A stretch of DNA of 64,000 nucleotides from Actinomycetota bacterium (lineage in GTDB: Bacteria > Actinomycetota > Acidimicrobiia > Acidimicrobiales > JAMDDE01), in assembly GCA_023489235.1 (NCBI GenBank), contig JAMDDE010000015.1, positions 10,226 to 74,225 on the forward strand. The letters are read 5' to 3'. The position numbers and the translations under genes were made by a program. This document shows, piece after piece, positions 1-9,778 of this stretch. Under the pieces are notes generated by a model that saw nothing but the letters and a program-made list of their open reading frames with translations, was not told the origin of the DNA and made no database searches. Numbering within the stretch: the stretch's first letter is position 1; every line of letters begins with the position of its first letter.

Positions 1-63
1 GCTGGAGCTCCCAACTGATCACCTCTAAACAAGCACCCGTAGCAGATGGTTCCCGACCTGGCC

Positions 64-1140
64 TCAGACATTGAACCGTATCTCGAGCACATCTCCATCT
101 TGCACCTCATAGTCCTTGCCCTCCAATCTGATCTTTCCTGCAGACCGAGCAGCAGCCCACGATCCAAATGAAATCAGCTCATCCCAGTGGATAACCTCAG
201 CCCTGATGAACCCTCTTTGCAAGTCGCTGTGGATAACCCCTGCGCACTCAGGTGCATGTGCTCCAACCTTGAACGTCCAAGCCCTCGACTCTTTCTCCCC
301 CGTCGTGAAAAATGTCCTCCTAGACAACAAATGATAGGCGGCTGCGGCCACTCTTGGCAGAGCACCCTCTCCAAGCCCCAGCTCCATCAACAGTCCTTCC
401 CGCTCCTCTTCAGGCAAACGAGCAGCTTCCGCTTCCAGTTGAACACACATGCCCAGCACTTGAGCCCCCTCCCCCATATGCTCAGCAACCGGCCTCAATA
501 TCTCTTCATGGGAGGAGAGCTGATCCTCACCCAAATTTACGACCACGAGTACAGGTTTGTTGGTGAGAAGGAAAAGGCCCGACAAAGAAGCTCTGATGTC
601 TTCTCCAAGTCTCGAACGATAGAGAGGGGTACCCTCCCCGAGCACCTCGATGGCTTGTTTGATGGAGTCTATCTCTGCAGGTGGCTTCTTGGCTGACTTA
701 GCCGCCTTAGTCCACTTGGCTAACTGAGCCTCGGCGGTAGCCAGATCTGCCAGTACCAGTTCGAGTTCGAGTGAGTCCACTCCCGCAACTGGATCGGATT
801 CTCCCGACACTTGATCGTCGTGGAATGAACGAACTACCATCAACAAGGCGTCGACCTCTCGAATACCGGCAAGAAACTTGTTCCCCAAGCCTTCTCCATG
901 AGCCGATCCCGCTACCAATGAAGCTATGTCCACAACCTCGAAACCAGCACGCACAACCCTACGGCTCTTGCTCATTTGAGCCAGAGCGTCTAACCGCTTG
1001 TCTGGGAGGTAGGCAGTGCCTACAGAGGTGGTGGTCGTGGAGAAGGGATGGGCAGCAACCAAGGCTGACCCACCGGTCAAAGCATTGAAAAGAGAGGATT
1101 TTCCTGAGTTGGGCAGACCAACTAGTCCTAGGCGTTCCAC
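64..1140 (-). CDS. ychF: Ribosome-binding ATPase YchF (Obg-like GTPase family)
   Basis: 358-aa ORF. It has the N-terminal P-loop GLPNSGKSSLFNALT, and its length and C-terminal end (DGDVLEIRFNV) are typical of YchF. Confidence 0.92.
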   Translation of the reverse strand: MERLGLVGLPNSGKSSLFNALTGGSALVAAHPFSTTTTSVGTAYLPDKRLDALAQMSKSRRVVRAGFEVVDIASLVAGSAHGEGLGNKFLAGIREVDALLMVVRSFHDDQVSGESDPVAGVDSLELELVLADLATAEAQLAKWTKAAKSAKKPPAEIDSIKQAIEVLGEGTPLYRSRLGEDIRASLSGLFLLTNKPVLVVVNLGEDQLSSHEEILRPVAEHMGEGAQVLGMCVQLEAEAARLPEEEREGLLMELGLGEGALPRVAAAAYHLLSRRTFFTTGEKESRAWTFKVGAHAPECAGVIHSDLQRGFIRAEVIHWDELISFGSWAAARSAGKIRLEGKDYEVQDGDVLEIRFNV

Positions 1141-1297
1141 CTACTCAAAGCTACACTACCTGAATGCCGTTGGAGCTCAGCTGCAAAGTGTTGTGGATAG
1201 GGATCATCTCTGGGGAGATGCAAGGGTTATATGTCGGAGCTTGTTGGAGCTCAGTCCTTCGCAAACCATTCGAATGATCTGATAAAGTCAAATTACT

Positions 1298-1381
1298 GTG
1301 TCCAAGAAAACTACCAAGCGTAAGTTACGTACCAAAAAAGCAGCTAATCACGGTAAAAAGCCCAACTGCGGACGGGGGTAA
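1298..1381 (+). CDS. Candidate small ribosomal protein bL37 (27 aa, GTG start)
   Basis: Hand translation gives VSKKTTKRKLRTKKAANHGKKPNCGRG followed by a stop. It is very basic and carries the ANHGK(K/R)PN motif I recall from actinobacterial bL37. It is too short for the ORF track. No clear Shine-Dalgarno sequence. Confidence 0.55.
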   Translation: MSKKTTKRKLRTKKAANHGKKPNCGRG

Positions 1382-1470
1382 CCCTGAGGGGAGCATTCAA
1401 GTCCCATCGGTACTGCTCCACACCGTCTTGGTTGCCACACACCCAAGCCATGGTGGATGTGCCAGAGTGT

Positions 1471-2334
1471 TCAAGTTTCATCGGTGCCATCCCACGCCAC
1501 TCCAAGTTGATCGAGCACTTGTCTCAGCAGAGTTGGGCGGTCAGAGATGATTCCATCCACCCCCATCTCCACTAGTTGGCGCATCTCCTCTTCGGTATTG
1601 ATGGTCCAGGCATGAACGGCAAGTCCTCTAGAGTGTGCTGCCCTCACGAACTCAGGCGTCAAGATGTTCTGACCACCCGCAGCAGGAGGGACCTGCAACG
1701 CCTGATGGGGCAAGGTCGGGATCTCGCTACCGGACTGAACCGCCTGCCAAAAGTTGGCAGTAGCAATCATGCCTGCCGATATGGCCACTTGGGGAGCTAT
1801 GGCATGAAACCGGGCAGTAGACTCGTCATTGAACGAAGCTACAATAACCTTGTCCAAGTGATCATGGTCGACCAACACATCGTAGATGGCTTGTTCGTAA
1901 GGGGGAACATCTGGAGGACCAGATTTGATGTCAAGATTGAGCACTGTATCAGGAAAGGCCTCCAGTACCTCGGCGAGAGTAGGGATGCGCAGTTCATGAT
2001 CGGATGGCGCCCTACCTCTAAGGATGTAGTCGCTCTCCGGTCTGCCGCGTTCCGCTTCGGTTCCTTCTATGAACCAATAGGCGTTGTCCAGAGATTGGAC
2101 TTCCTCCAAGGTCATAGAGGATATCGAGCCGCTTCCATTGGTGGTTCTATCTACCTCGGCATCGTGACAAACGACGAGATGCCCATCGAGAGTACAGTGG
2201 ACATCCAGCTCGATTCCGGTAGCCCCAGCAGCAACAGCTTTACGCATAGCAAAGATGGTGCTGGAAGGCGCCTCGAGAGCTCCTCCTTGATGGGCATAAG
2301 CAATTACTCTTCTTGCAAGCCATTTATTGGTCAC
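1471..2334 (-). CDS. Glycerophosphodiester phosphodiesterase family protein
   Basis: 287-aa ORF. The N-terminal HQGG...APSSTIFA...ELDVHCTLDGHLVVCHD pattern is typical of the GDPD domain. Confidence 0.85.
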   Translation of the reverse strand: MTNKWLARRVIAYAHQGGALEAPSSTIFAMRKAVAAGATGIELDVHCTLDGHLVVCHDAEVDRTTNGSGSISSMTLEEVQSLDNAYWFIEGTEAERGRPESDYILRGRAPSDHELRIPTLAEVLEAFPDTVLNLDIKSGPPDVPPYEQAIYDVLVDHDHLDKVIVASFNDESTARFHAIAPQVAISAGMIATANFWQAVQSGSEIPTLPHQALQVPPAAGGQNILTPEFVRAAHSRGLAVHAWTINTEEEMRQLVEMGVDGIISDRPTLLRQVLDQLGVAWDGTDET

Positions 2335-2367
2335 GACATAGGCTAGAGCAGAGGAGATTTATTTACA

Positions 2368-2991
2368 ATGCTCGACCATATCTTAACCGACACCATTACC
2401 TCGATCCGCAAATCCCTGGAAAATGCCCTGTTGGAACGGCAAGCCATGGAGGAACGTTTTCAGATAGATGTTTTCCTGGGAGACGTGTCCTGGGAAACCT
2501 CTTACAGCCTCCCGGGTGAAGGTAGAACTCCTCGAGTCCGTGCAGATCTAAGCATAGATTGGCCGACTTGGAGTCAGAGCGCCTATCGCTCCTGGGCAAT
2601 TGGAGAACCAACAGAGGACCTCCCTGAGATGGTAGTAGAGATAGCTCTGCGTATAGAGCGGTTGAAGAGCTTGCCTGACCTACGAAAAGTAGTGGAAGCG
2701 CTTCCGGAGGAAAGCCCTACCATAGGAGTGGAGACCCTGGTAAGGTCCATGCCTGCAGTAGAACAGGTATTCGAGAACGACCTGGATCACTACGTGTTCT
2801 CCATAGAGACTACTTACCAGGGAACTTTTCGCTTGGAAGAATCAGTGCTGGAACGTCCATCCCTCCTCCTTCCTCAGATAGAAGAGATGGCGAGATGGAT
2901 CGCCTCCAACCTCGTACGTCTAGGTGACTTGGAGTTGCCCTTCTTGCCTCCGGAGACAGATGACCTGGGCATTGGAGGAACCCAGCTTTAA
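2368..2991 (+). CDS. Hypothetical protein
   Basis: 207-aa ORF with non-repetitive, acidic, globular-looking composition. No motif recognised. Confidence 0.5.
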   Translation: MLDHILTDTITSIRKSLENALLERQAMEERFQIDVFLGDVSWETSYSLPGEGRTPRVRADLSIDWPTWSQSAYRSWAIGEPTEDLPEMVVEIALRIERLKSLPDLRKVVEALPEESPTIGVETLVRSMPAVEQVFENDLDHYVFSIETTYQGTFRLEESVLERPSLLLPQIEEMARWIASNLVRLGDLELPFLPPETDDLGIGGTQL

Positions 2992-3006
2992 CGGCTGAGG
3001 GCAGCT

Positions 3007-3975
3007 TCACTCCCTCAACATGCCGGCTTGGCGAGCCAACTCTGCCAAGGATGAACGTGGACGACCCCCTAGGTGCTCTACTGCTTCAGAGGCACATAGA
3101 CTTCCGAGCTCTCCACTGGAATAAACATCCATGCCATGTGTCAATCCATAAAGGAATCCAGCAGCGTAGAGATCGCCTGCCCCTGTAGTGTCCACTACCT
3201 GGCGCACGGGCCAAGCAGCAACCTCCATCACTTTCTCATCTGAAGCATCAACGACCAATGACCCCAATGCTCCCCGGGTTACTGCAGCAGTTATTCCGTG
3301 ATCAACGAGTTCGGCTATTGCCTGGTCCAATCTGTCAACATCGAACAACGCCTCTATCTCCGCTTCGTTGGAAAGCACTATATCTATGCTTCTAGAGAGC
3401 AACCCGATGAACTCCCTACGATGGCGCTCAACACACCGAGCGTCGGACAAGCTAAGCGCGACTCCAATACCAGCCCCTTTGGCTACTTCCACTATCTGGT
3501 CAACTGCATCTCTTGCAGAGGATTGATCCCACAGATAGCCCTCCAAATAACAGATCGAGGCAGCCTCTATCTCTGAAAGATCCACGTCGCCCACGGAGAG
3601 CAGCGAAGAGATGCCCAGATGGGTAGCCATGGTGCGTTCTCCATCGGGTGTCACCAGAGCCAAGCAATACCCGGTGCCTACGGAGCTCCCTGTGGGTTTG
3701 GCAGGGTAGATGAAGGAGACCCCGGTGTTCTCGAGCTCGGCCACGAATTGACGTCCACGCTCATCATCGGCAACCTTGCCTATGAAACCTGCTCGACCTC
3801 CGAGGGAAGACAAGCCAACCATCGTAGTAGCGGCAGAGCCACCAGCAGATATCACCGGACTGCTTCGAGAGGGAAGGGAGGCAACTATCTTCTCAGCTTC
3901 CTCGTCCCCTACAAGGGTCATGGTTGCCTTGGTCAATCCAGCATCGATCAGCATCTCCTCGTCGACATGGACCAA
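3007..3975 (-). CDS. PfkB-family carbohydrate/nucleoside kinase (adenosine-kinase-like)
   Basis: 322-aa ORF. It has the C-terminal DTTGAGDLYAAGFLYG motif (PfkB signature) and a glycine-rich N-terminal lid region. Confidence 0.85.
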   Translation of the reverse strand: MVHVDEEMLIDAGLTKATMTLVGDEEAEKIVASLPSRSSPVISAGGSAATTMVGLSSLGGRAGFIGKVADDERGRQFVAELENTGVSFIYPAKPTGSSVGTGYCLALVTPDGERTMATHLGISSLLSVGDVDLSEIEAASICYLEGYLWDQSSARDAVDQIVEVAKGAGIGVALSLSDARCVERHRREFIGLLSRSIDIVLSNEAEIEALFDVDRLDQAIAELVDHGITAAVTRGALGSLVVDASDEKVMEVAAWPVRQVVDTTGAGDLYAAGFLYGLTHGMDVYSSGELGSLCASEAVEHLGGRPRSSLAELARQAGMLRE

Positions 3976-4320
3976 CAGATCGACCAGAGCATTACCAATT
4001 CCAACTACGTCATATCGCCTCTCGGTAGAAATGATCTCCTCCTGGGGTAGTCGTAACCTTGCTCCAACTTAGCTGATGACAAAGGATAGAGCACGAATAG
4101 CAGAACAGCATACAGCACCCCATCCCTCGCCCATATCAGAACCCATCCATCACCCCTACCAGAGGTAGTGGGACAAGACCCGGAAGAAGAGGGGAGAGAG
4201 GTGAACCACGAAGGAGAGTGCGGAGCCCGAGACCAGCGTCCACTAACAAGGATCACGCCGCAAGAGGGAGTGGTTCGAAGGATGGGCGAGGAGGGAGTGG
4301 GGACATTGCTAGGCTAGCGG

Positions 4321-7014
4321 GTGATGGAGAACTTGTCTACAGCACAGAACAGCCAAACACTGCAGAGCGCTGCTTACCGTCTCCCCCCCGAGGTTCGCCC
4401 CAAGAGATACGAGCTGACCTTGAGATCAGATGTACTCGAGGAGACCTTCAGTGGCAGAGTGGAGATAGAGATAGAGGTAGCCAGCCCCACCAACGAAATA
4501 GTCCTCAACGCCGTCGAACTAGACATCTCCGATGCCAAAGTGAGGTCGGTGGAGGGAAACTTCATTCCGGGAACGGTGGAGCTCCTAGAAGAGTTGGAGA
4601 GGGTGCGCATAGCACTTCCTTCCATCCTCGATACGGGTGAGTACCGACTGATCTTGGAGTTCTCAGGCAAATTATCCAACAAGTTGCGCGGGTTCTACCG
4701 AAGCAAATTTACTCTGGATGGAACTGAGCACTACATCGCCACTACTCAGTTCGAAGCTACCGATGCCAGACGAGCCTTCCCCTGCTTCGACGAACCGGAT
4801 ATGAAGGCTGTATTCTCCATTACCCTGATCGTAAAGGATGGACTTACTGCCGTATCCAACACCGAAATAGTGAGCACCAAGGAGCTGCCGGACGGCTGGA
4901 AAGAGGTGCGTTTTGCCGACACCATACCCATGTCGACCTACTTGGTTGCTTTCGTAATCGGCCCGCTGGAGGTAAGCCAACCTGCCTATAGCGGAGATAT
5001 ACCTGTTCGTATAGTGCATGCCCCCTCGAAAGGAGAGTTCATCTCCTTTGCCTTGGAAATAGCCACATTCTCGCTCCAGTTCTTCTCCGACTACTTTGCC
5101 ATGGGTTATCCAGCCAACAAGCTCGACTTAATTGCTCTGCCCGATTTCGCCTTCGGCGCTATGGAGAATCTGGGAGCAGTAACCTTCCGAGAAACGCTGC
5201 TGCTCGTAGACCCAGAGGACGCGGCCCGCTCCGAACTGGAGAGAGTTGCCGAAGTGGCTTCGCACGAGATAGCGCATATGTGGTTCGGTGATACCGTCAC
5301 CATGCGCTGGTGGAACGGGATCTGGCTGAATGAGGCCTTCGCCACCTTTATGGAACTGCTCTGCGTGGACGCTTTCCGACCTGAATGGCGCACCTGGGAA
5401 CGGTTCAGCCTCTCTCGAGAAGCGGCGCTGCAAACGGATGGTTTGGACCATACCAGGCCCATAGAGTTCCCAGTAAGAAGTCCCGATGAAGCCCAGGGAA
5501 TGTTCGATGTGCTCACCTACGAGAAAGGTGCCAGCGTACTACGGATGCTGGAACGCTACCTAGGAGCTGAACAGTTCCGAGAGGGTATCCGAGGATACTT
5601 GCAGAAGCACAAGTTCGCCAACACCGAAACAAGTGACCTCTGGGATGCCCTGGAGGCCGCCTGCCCCGACCAACCTGTACGACGGATCATGGATACCTGG
5701 ATATTCCAGGGAGGATATCCCTTGATCACCGTGGAGCGTTCTAAAGCCGACAAGAAACAAATTCTCGTGCACCAGAGTCGCTTCCGATATGCAAATGCCC
5801 TGGAAGGACTGGAGCTTGACGAAGTAAGCTCAGAGAAGCTCCCGAAAGACCGGAACGAAGGATCGGACAGTCGGCCCAACAAGTGGTTGGTTCCTGTCGT
5901 GGCCCGCATACAGAGAACAACCTCCGAAGCAACGGAGACAACATTCGTGCTGGATGATACTGGCTACACTATAACCGTACCGGACGAGAACAGCTTCGTG
6001 GTAGGGAACTCCGGGGGATGGGGTTTCTATAGGGTGCATTACAGCAGCGACCTCCTCGAACCATTGGCCGCTAACTTCCAGAACCTAACTACCCTGGAAA
6101 GATACTCGCTCATCTCCGACGCTTGGGCATGCGTACTGGCAGGACTCTCCCCTGTGGAGGACTTTCTCTCCTTGGCCAACATCCTGCGTTCCAGCAGAGA
6201 GTTGAACCCAGAGATATGGGGAACGGTCTTTCAAGCAATAACCCTATTCGACAAGGTGCTCGACGAGAAGGGACGCACGGAGCTACAAAATTACCTAGCT
6301 CTTTTGACGACCCCGATCCTGGAGGCGGTGGGATGGGACAAGGATCGAAATGAAGGAGAAGAGATACCAGTTCTGAGAGCTGAGATGATCGAGCTGCTAG
6401 GTACCATTGGAGCCAATGAAGAGGTGATAGCCAGGGCCAGGGAGCTGTATGCTGCAACGACGATCGATGGCGCCGGGGCATCCGCCCTTGATCCCGACAT
6501 TGCCTCAGCTGTGCTGAACGTCGTAGCATACAACGGAGAGGGAACGGACTTCGACAGCTTCGTGGAGAGATTCCGTCACCCTCGCAACCCACAGGAGGAG
6601 ATTCGCTACCTCTACGCTCTCGGGCGGTTCGCTGAGCCTCGATCCAGACAGGCCACTCTGAAGATGACCTTGGAAGAGGTGAGGACCCAGAACGCCCCCT
6701 ACCTACTGCAGCGTATGCTAGGGGACAGGAGAAATGCCCCTTTCACCTGGCAACACATAGAGGATCACTGGGAAGAGATCATCGAGCGCTTCCCGGATAA
6801 CGCCATTCCGCGCATGCTCGAAGGAGTGCGATCCTTGGTCGGTGACCTAGGGCTCAGCAAGAGAGTTCAGGGATTTCTCCTTGCCCACCCGCTCCCATCC
6901 GGGAAAAAGAGCATAGAGCAAAGCATAGAGCGTCTCCAAGTCAACACTGCCTTCATGCTCAAACAGGGGCCAGGACTCTCCAATGCGATCTCCAGGGCAG
7001 CTGAGACAGTGTGA
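4321..7014 (+). CDS. pepN: Aminopeptidase N (M1 zinc metallopeptidase)
   Basis: 897-aa ORF with the GAMEN exopeptidase motif and the HEIAHMWFGD...WLNEAF zinc-binding HEXXH-E motif. The start is at 4321 (GTG) or 4324 (ATG). Confidence 0.95.
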   Translation: MMENLSTAQNSQTLQSAAYRLPPEVRPKRYELTLRSDVLEETFSGRVEIEIEVASPTNEIVLNAVELDISDAKVRSVEGNFIPGTVELLEELERVRIALPSILDTGEYRLILEFSGKLSNKLRGFYRSKFTLDGTEHYIATTQFEATDARRAFPCFDEPDMKAVFSITLIVKDGLTAVSNTEIVSTKELPDGWKEVRFADTIPMSTYLVAFVIGPLEVSQPAYSGDIPVRIVHAPSKGEFISFALEIATFSLQFFSDYFAMGYPANKLDLIALPDFAFGAMENLGAVTFRETLLLVDPEDAARSELERVAEVASHEIAHMWFGDTVTMRWWNGIWLNEAFATFMELLCVDAFRPEWRTWERFSLSREAALQTDGLDHTRPIEFPVRSPDEAQGMFDVLTYEKGASVLRMLERYLGAEQFREGIRGYLQKHKFANTETSDLWDALEAACPDQPVRRIMDTWIFQGGYPLITVERSKADKKQILVHQSRFRYANALEGLELDEVSSEKLPKDRNEGSDSRPNKWLVPVVARIQRTTSEATETTFVLDDTGYTITVPDENSFVVGNSGGWGFYRVHYSSDLLEPLAANFQNLTTLERYSLISDAWACVLAGLSPVEDFLSLANILRSSRELNPEIWGTVFQAITLFDKVLDEKGRTELQNYLALLTTPILEAVGWDKDRNEGEEIPVLRAEMIELLGTIGANEEVIARARELYAATTIDGAGASALDPDIASAVLNVVAYNGEGTDFDSFVERFRHPRNPQEEIRYLYALGRFAEPRSRQATLKMTLEEVRTQNAPYLLQRMLGDRRNAPFTWQHIEDHWEEIIERFPDNAIPRMLEGVRSLVGDLGLSKRVQGFLLAHPLPSGKKSIEQSIERLQVNTAFMLKQGPGLSNAISRAAETV

Positions 7015-7102
7015 CCAACGAGGAGATGGGTGTTCTGGTGGACCCGCTCATCATGCATCCCGGAGTCCAGTCAATCCAATCCAAACGAGGCGAGGAGATG
7101 TA

Positions 7103-7729
7103 GTGTCCATAAGGGATTTACTCGAGTTTGCTCGAACCATCAAGGGGTTCATGCCCGACGACGAAGGACTCGCCCTGTATGAAGCTGCTCTTTCTGCATC
7201 GACCACTGTATCCTCCACCTGGGTGGAGATAGGAGCGTACTGTGGTAAGTCAACCGTGTACCTGGGAGCCGCCGCCTCCAGTTGTGGTGCCCTTTTGTTC
7301 AGTATCGACCACCATCACGGATCAGAGGAAAACCAGCCAGGTTCTCCATACCACGACCCCTCGCTGGTAGACCCTGAAACCGGTCTCATGGATACTGCCC
7401 CGACATGGCGACGATCTATAACCACTGCGAAGCTGGAAAGCCACGTAGTGGGAGTGATCGGTGAGTCGTCAACCGTGGCAGCCCATTGGGGAACGCCACT
7501 TGGTTTCCTGTTCATCGATGGGGGTCATGGAGAAAAGGTCGCATGGGCAGATTACAACAACTGGACACCTCATCTTGTCTCAGGTGGAATATTAGCTATC
7601 CACGATGTGTTCTCAGATCCTACTGAAGGGGGACAGGTCCCCTACGAGATCTGGAGCTTTGCCACGAGCAACGACAACTTCAAACAGGTCTCTGCTTGCG
7701 GTAGTCTTCGTGTACTGCAAAAGTATTAA
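7103..7729 (+). CDS. Class I SAM-dependent methyltransferase (Methyltransf_24-like)
   Basis: The ORF frame is open from 6983 but overlaps pepN. A GTG at 7103 is preceded by GAGGAG at 7092-7097. Motifs: EIGAYCGKSTVYL, FIDGGH, GGILAIHDV. Confidence 0.7.
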   Translation: MSIRDLLEFARTIKGFMPDDEGLALYEAALSASTTVSSTWVEIGAYCGKSTVYLGAAASSCGALLFSIDHHHGSEENQPGSPYHDPSLVDPETGLMDTAPTWRRSITTAKLESHVVGVIGESSTVAAHWGTPLGFLFIDGGHGEKVAWADYNNWTPHLVSGGILAIHDVFSDPTEGGQVPYEIWSFATSNDNFKQVSACGSLRVLQKY

Positions 7730-7769
7730 AAACTCAACTCCTAGCGGCTCTTGTCGTCACTGTATCGGC

Positions 7770-7818
7770 ATTCTTCTCTCCGATCAGTTGGACGAACAAC
7801 TATCGCGGAGAGAAGAAT
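7770..7818. terminator. Long hairpin between convergent genes (candidate bidirectional terminator)
   Basis: Perfect 13-bp arms: ATTCTTCTCTCCG (7770-7782) and CGGAGAGAAGAAT (7806-7818). An inner AGTTG/CAACT pair is also present. The hairpin lies between the stops at 7729 (+) and 7831 (-). Confidence 0.55.
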
Positions 7819-7830
7819 GGTTGGTGCGCT

Positions 7831-8994
7831 TCAATGGCCGGAGGGAATGAGCACCTCATCTCCTGGCTCGAAGCCAACCTCACATCGTTCACAGTATGCA
7901 TCTACGGCATCGAAGAGATCGAGACCGCTTGGGAGGCCGTATCCTCGGAAGAGCGAAAGAGTAGGCCCATTCCCCCATAGGGCATCGAAGGCAAGGACCA
8001 TGGCGGCAGCGGTATAGCTAGTGACCTCCTGGAAAGGAAAGGTGATTTCCTCTGGATACACCATGCCAGTCCAGTAGGAGCCGTCATCTCGGCGCATCCC
8101 TTGAGCCATATGAAAGAGCATTTCCGCCAGACGTGTTGCATCCTCCATGGACAAGGAGGCGAGCGCTATAGCACACTCCGCTGTTTCTGCAGCAGTGATC
8201 CACGGCTTGTCGGATACACATCTCACACCTCGGCCATCCATGACGAACTCATGCAAACGACTGTTGATACGTTTCCACCCTTCCTCGGCATCAAGAACTC
8301 CGGTAAGTACCGGATAGTACCAATCCATAGCGTAAGAGTGTTTTGGTTTGAACAACTCTGGGTGACTGTTCAGGGCATGAGCCAACCGTCCTGCCGCAAG
8401 TGTCCATTCCGGCTTCTCCATTCCCAAGGCATGAGCGCAAGCCAAAGCGGAACGTAAACTCAAGTAAATCGACGAGGAACCGGCCAAGAGAGCGAATCCG
8501 CCTGGACTGCCGTCCGGCTCTATGGACCAGAGGATCTCCCCATCACTGCGCTGGCAGGAGAGTACGAAGTCGATCGCCTTGGAGAGCATCGGCCAGACAG
8601 TTTCCAGAAAACCAATATCACCATCTTGTAAGTACCTATACCAAACACCAGTAGCCACATAGGCACAGACATTGGTGTCCACTCGAATGTCCTCTACTCC
8701 AGTAGTTGAGTAGTAGTTGTACCAAGCACCTGTCTCCAATTGGGTGGCTATGAGCCAATCGAACGCTTTGTCCACCTCTTTCACTCTGCCTGCCACACAA
8801 AGAGCCATGGTGGCTTCCACATGATTCCAAGGATCAGCATGTCCTCCGGTAAACCATGGGATCATCCCGTTCGACAACTGCAAGTTGGCGATCCACTCGA
8901 CCGTCCTGCTCATATCTTGCAAAGACAGCGCTGGAGAAGCAGCTGGAGGGGTGACAGCAAAAAGGGAGGGGTCCATCTGCTCGAAGGAGATCAA
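7831..8994 (-). CDS. Prenyltransferase/squalene-oxidase-repeat (alpha/alpha-toroid) protein
   Basis: 387-aa ORF with four QW-like repeats: QLSNGMIPW, QLETGAWYNYY, QRSDGEILW and RRDDGSYWTG. Confidence 0.65.
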   Translation of the reverse strand: MISFEQMDPSLFAVTPPAASPALSLQDMSRTVEWIANLQLSNGMIPWFTGGHADPWNHVEATMALCVAGRVKEVDKAFDWLIATQLETGAWYNYYSTTGVEDIRVDTNVCAYVATGVWYRYLQDGDIGFLETVWPMLSKAIDFVLSCQRSDGEILWSIEPDGSPGGFALLAGSSSIYLSLRSALACAHALGMEKPEWTLAAGRLAHALNSHPELFKPKHSYAMDWYYPVLTGVLDAEEGWKRINSRLHEFVMDGRGVRCVSDKPWITAAETAECAIALASLSMEDATRLAEMLFHMAQGMRRDDGSYWTGMVYPEEITFPFQEVTSYTAAAMVLAFDALWGNGPTLSLFRGYGLPSGLDLFDAVDAYCERCEVGFEPGDEVLIPSGH

Positions 8995-9704
8995 CGGGAC
9001 TTCACCGTATAAAGAACTAGGCTCTTCCCGAGCACGGGATTGAGCAGAGATTCGATCACCCTAGTAACTGGAGGGGAAGCTACTATGTCCCAGACGAGCA
9101 ACTGATGGTAGAGACGCACCAGCGGATGGTCTTCTTTTTCCAACCCGACTAGGCACCTAAGCCACCAGTAAGGTGAGTGCAAGGCATGAGCGTAGTGGGC
9201 TTCACGCAACGATAGCCCAGCCGAACGCACCCTTTCTGCAAGCTGTGAATAGCGATAGATCCTCACGTGTCCCCCTTCCGTGGAATGGTATTTGGTAGAG
9301 AGCACCCAGTTGACCAGCTCGGGGAAGAAACGCGGCACCGTGACCACCAGTGAACCTTCCCAGCGAAGCACCCTGAACAACTCATCTATAGCGGCCTGAT
9401 CATCCCTGATATGTTCGAGCACCTCTGCCGCAATGACAAGGTCAAAGCTCTCGTCTGCAAAGGGCAACTGCAACGCGTCGGCAACCACGCCACTACCTCG
9501 AGCAGTTCTACCTAGTTCTCCCGCCTCCCCCATGGCTGCCATCCAAGAGACCACATCAACTACGTCCCTCAAGGACTTGTCCAAGGCAACTACCTCGCCT
9601 CCTCGACGGATAGCTTCCAGCGCATGACGACCGCTGCCGCAACCAACGTCGAGAATACGGCACCCAGGGTCAACCTTTACGCGATCGAAGTCCACCGTGA
9701 GCAT
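8991..9704 (-). CDS. Class I SAM-dependent methyltransferase (Methyltransf_11-like)
   Basis: 237-aa ORF with SAM motif I (ILDVGCGSGRH) and an acidic-loop region (VVALD). It shares a 4-nt overlap with the downstream prenyltransferase-like gene. Confidence 0.85.
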   Translation of the reverse strand: MLTVDFDRVKVDPGCRILDVGCGSGRHALEAIRRGGEVVALDKSLRDVVDVVSWMAAMGEAGELGRTARGSGVVADALQLPFADESFDLVIAAEVLEHIRDDQAAIDELFRVLRWEGSLVVTVPRFFPELVNWVLSTKYHSTEGGHVRIYRYSQLAERVRSAGLSLREAHYAHALHSPYWWLRCLVGLEKEDHPLVRLYHQLLVWDIVASPPVTRVIESLLNPVLGKSLVLYTVKSR

Positions 9705-9778
9705 CTAGGTACGACTTCTCCATGCCGAAGTAGGAGTACAGCAGTGATACTCCCTGTTTGCTGTCTGCAAGGACGCGG

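Noticed and set aside
116-1282. Many 60-170-aa ORFs on the strand opposite to ychF, and similar shadow ORFs opposite most long genes throughout the window.
   Set aside because: They are fully nested antisense to well-supported genes and have Pro/Arg/Ser-rich shadow composition.
1383-1425. TTCAAGTCCC string resembling a tRNA T-loop.
   Set aside because: No acceptor, D or anticodon arms can be built around it.
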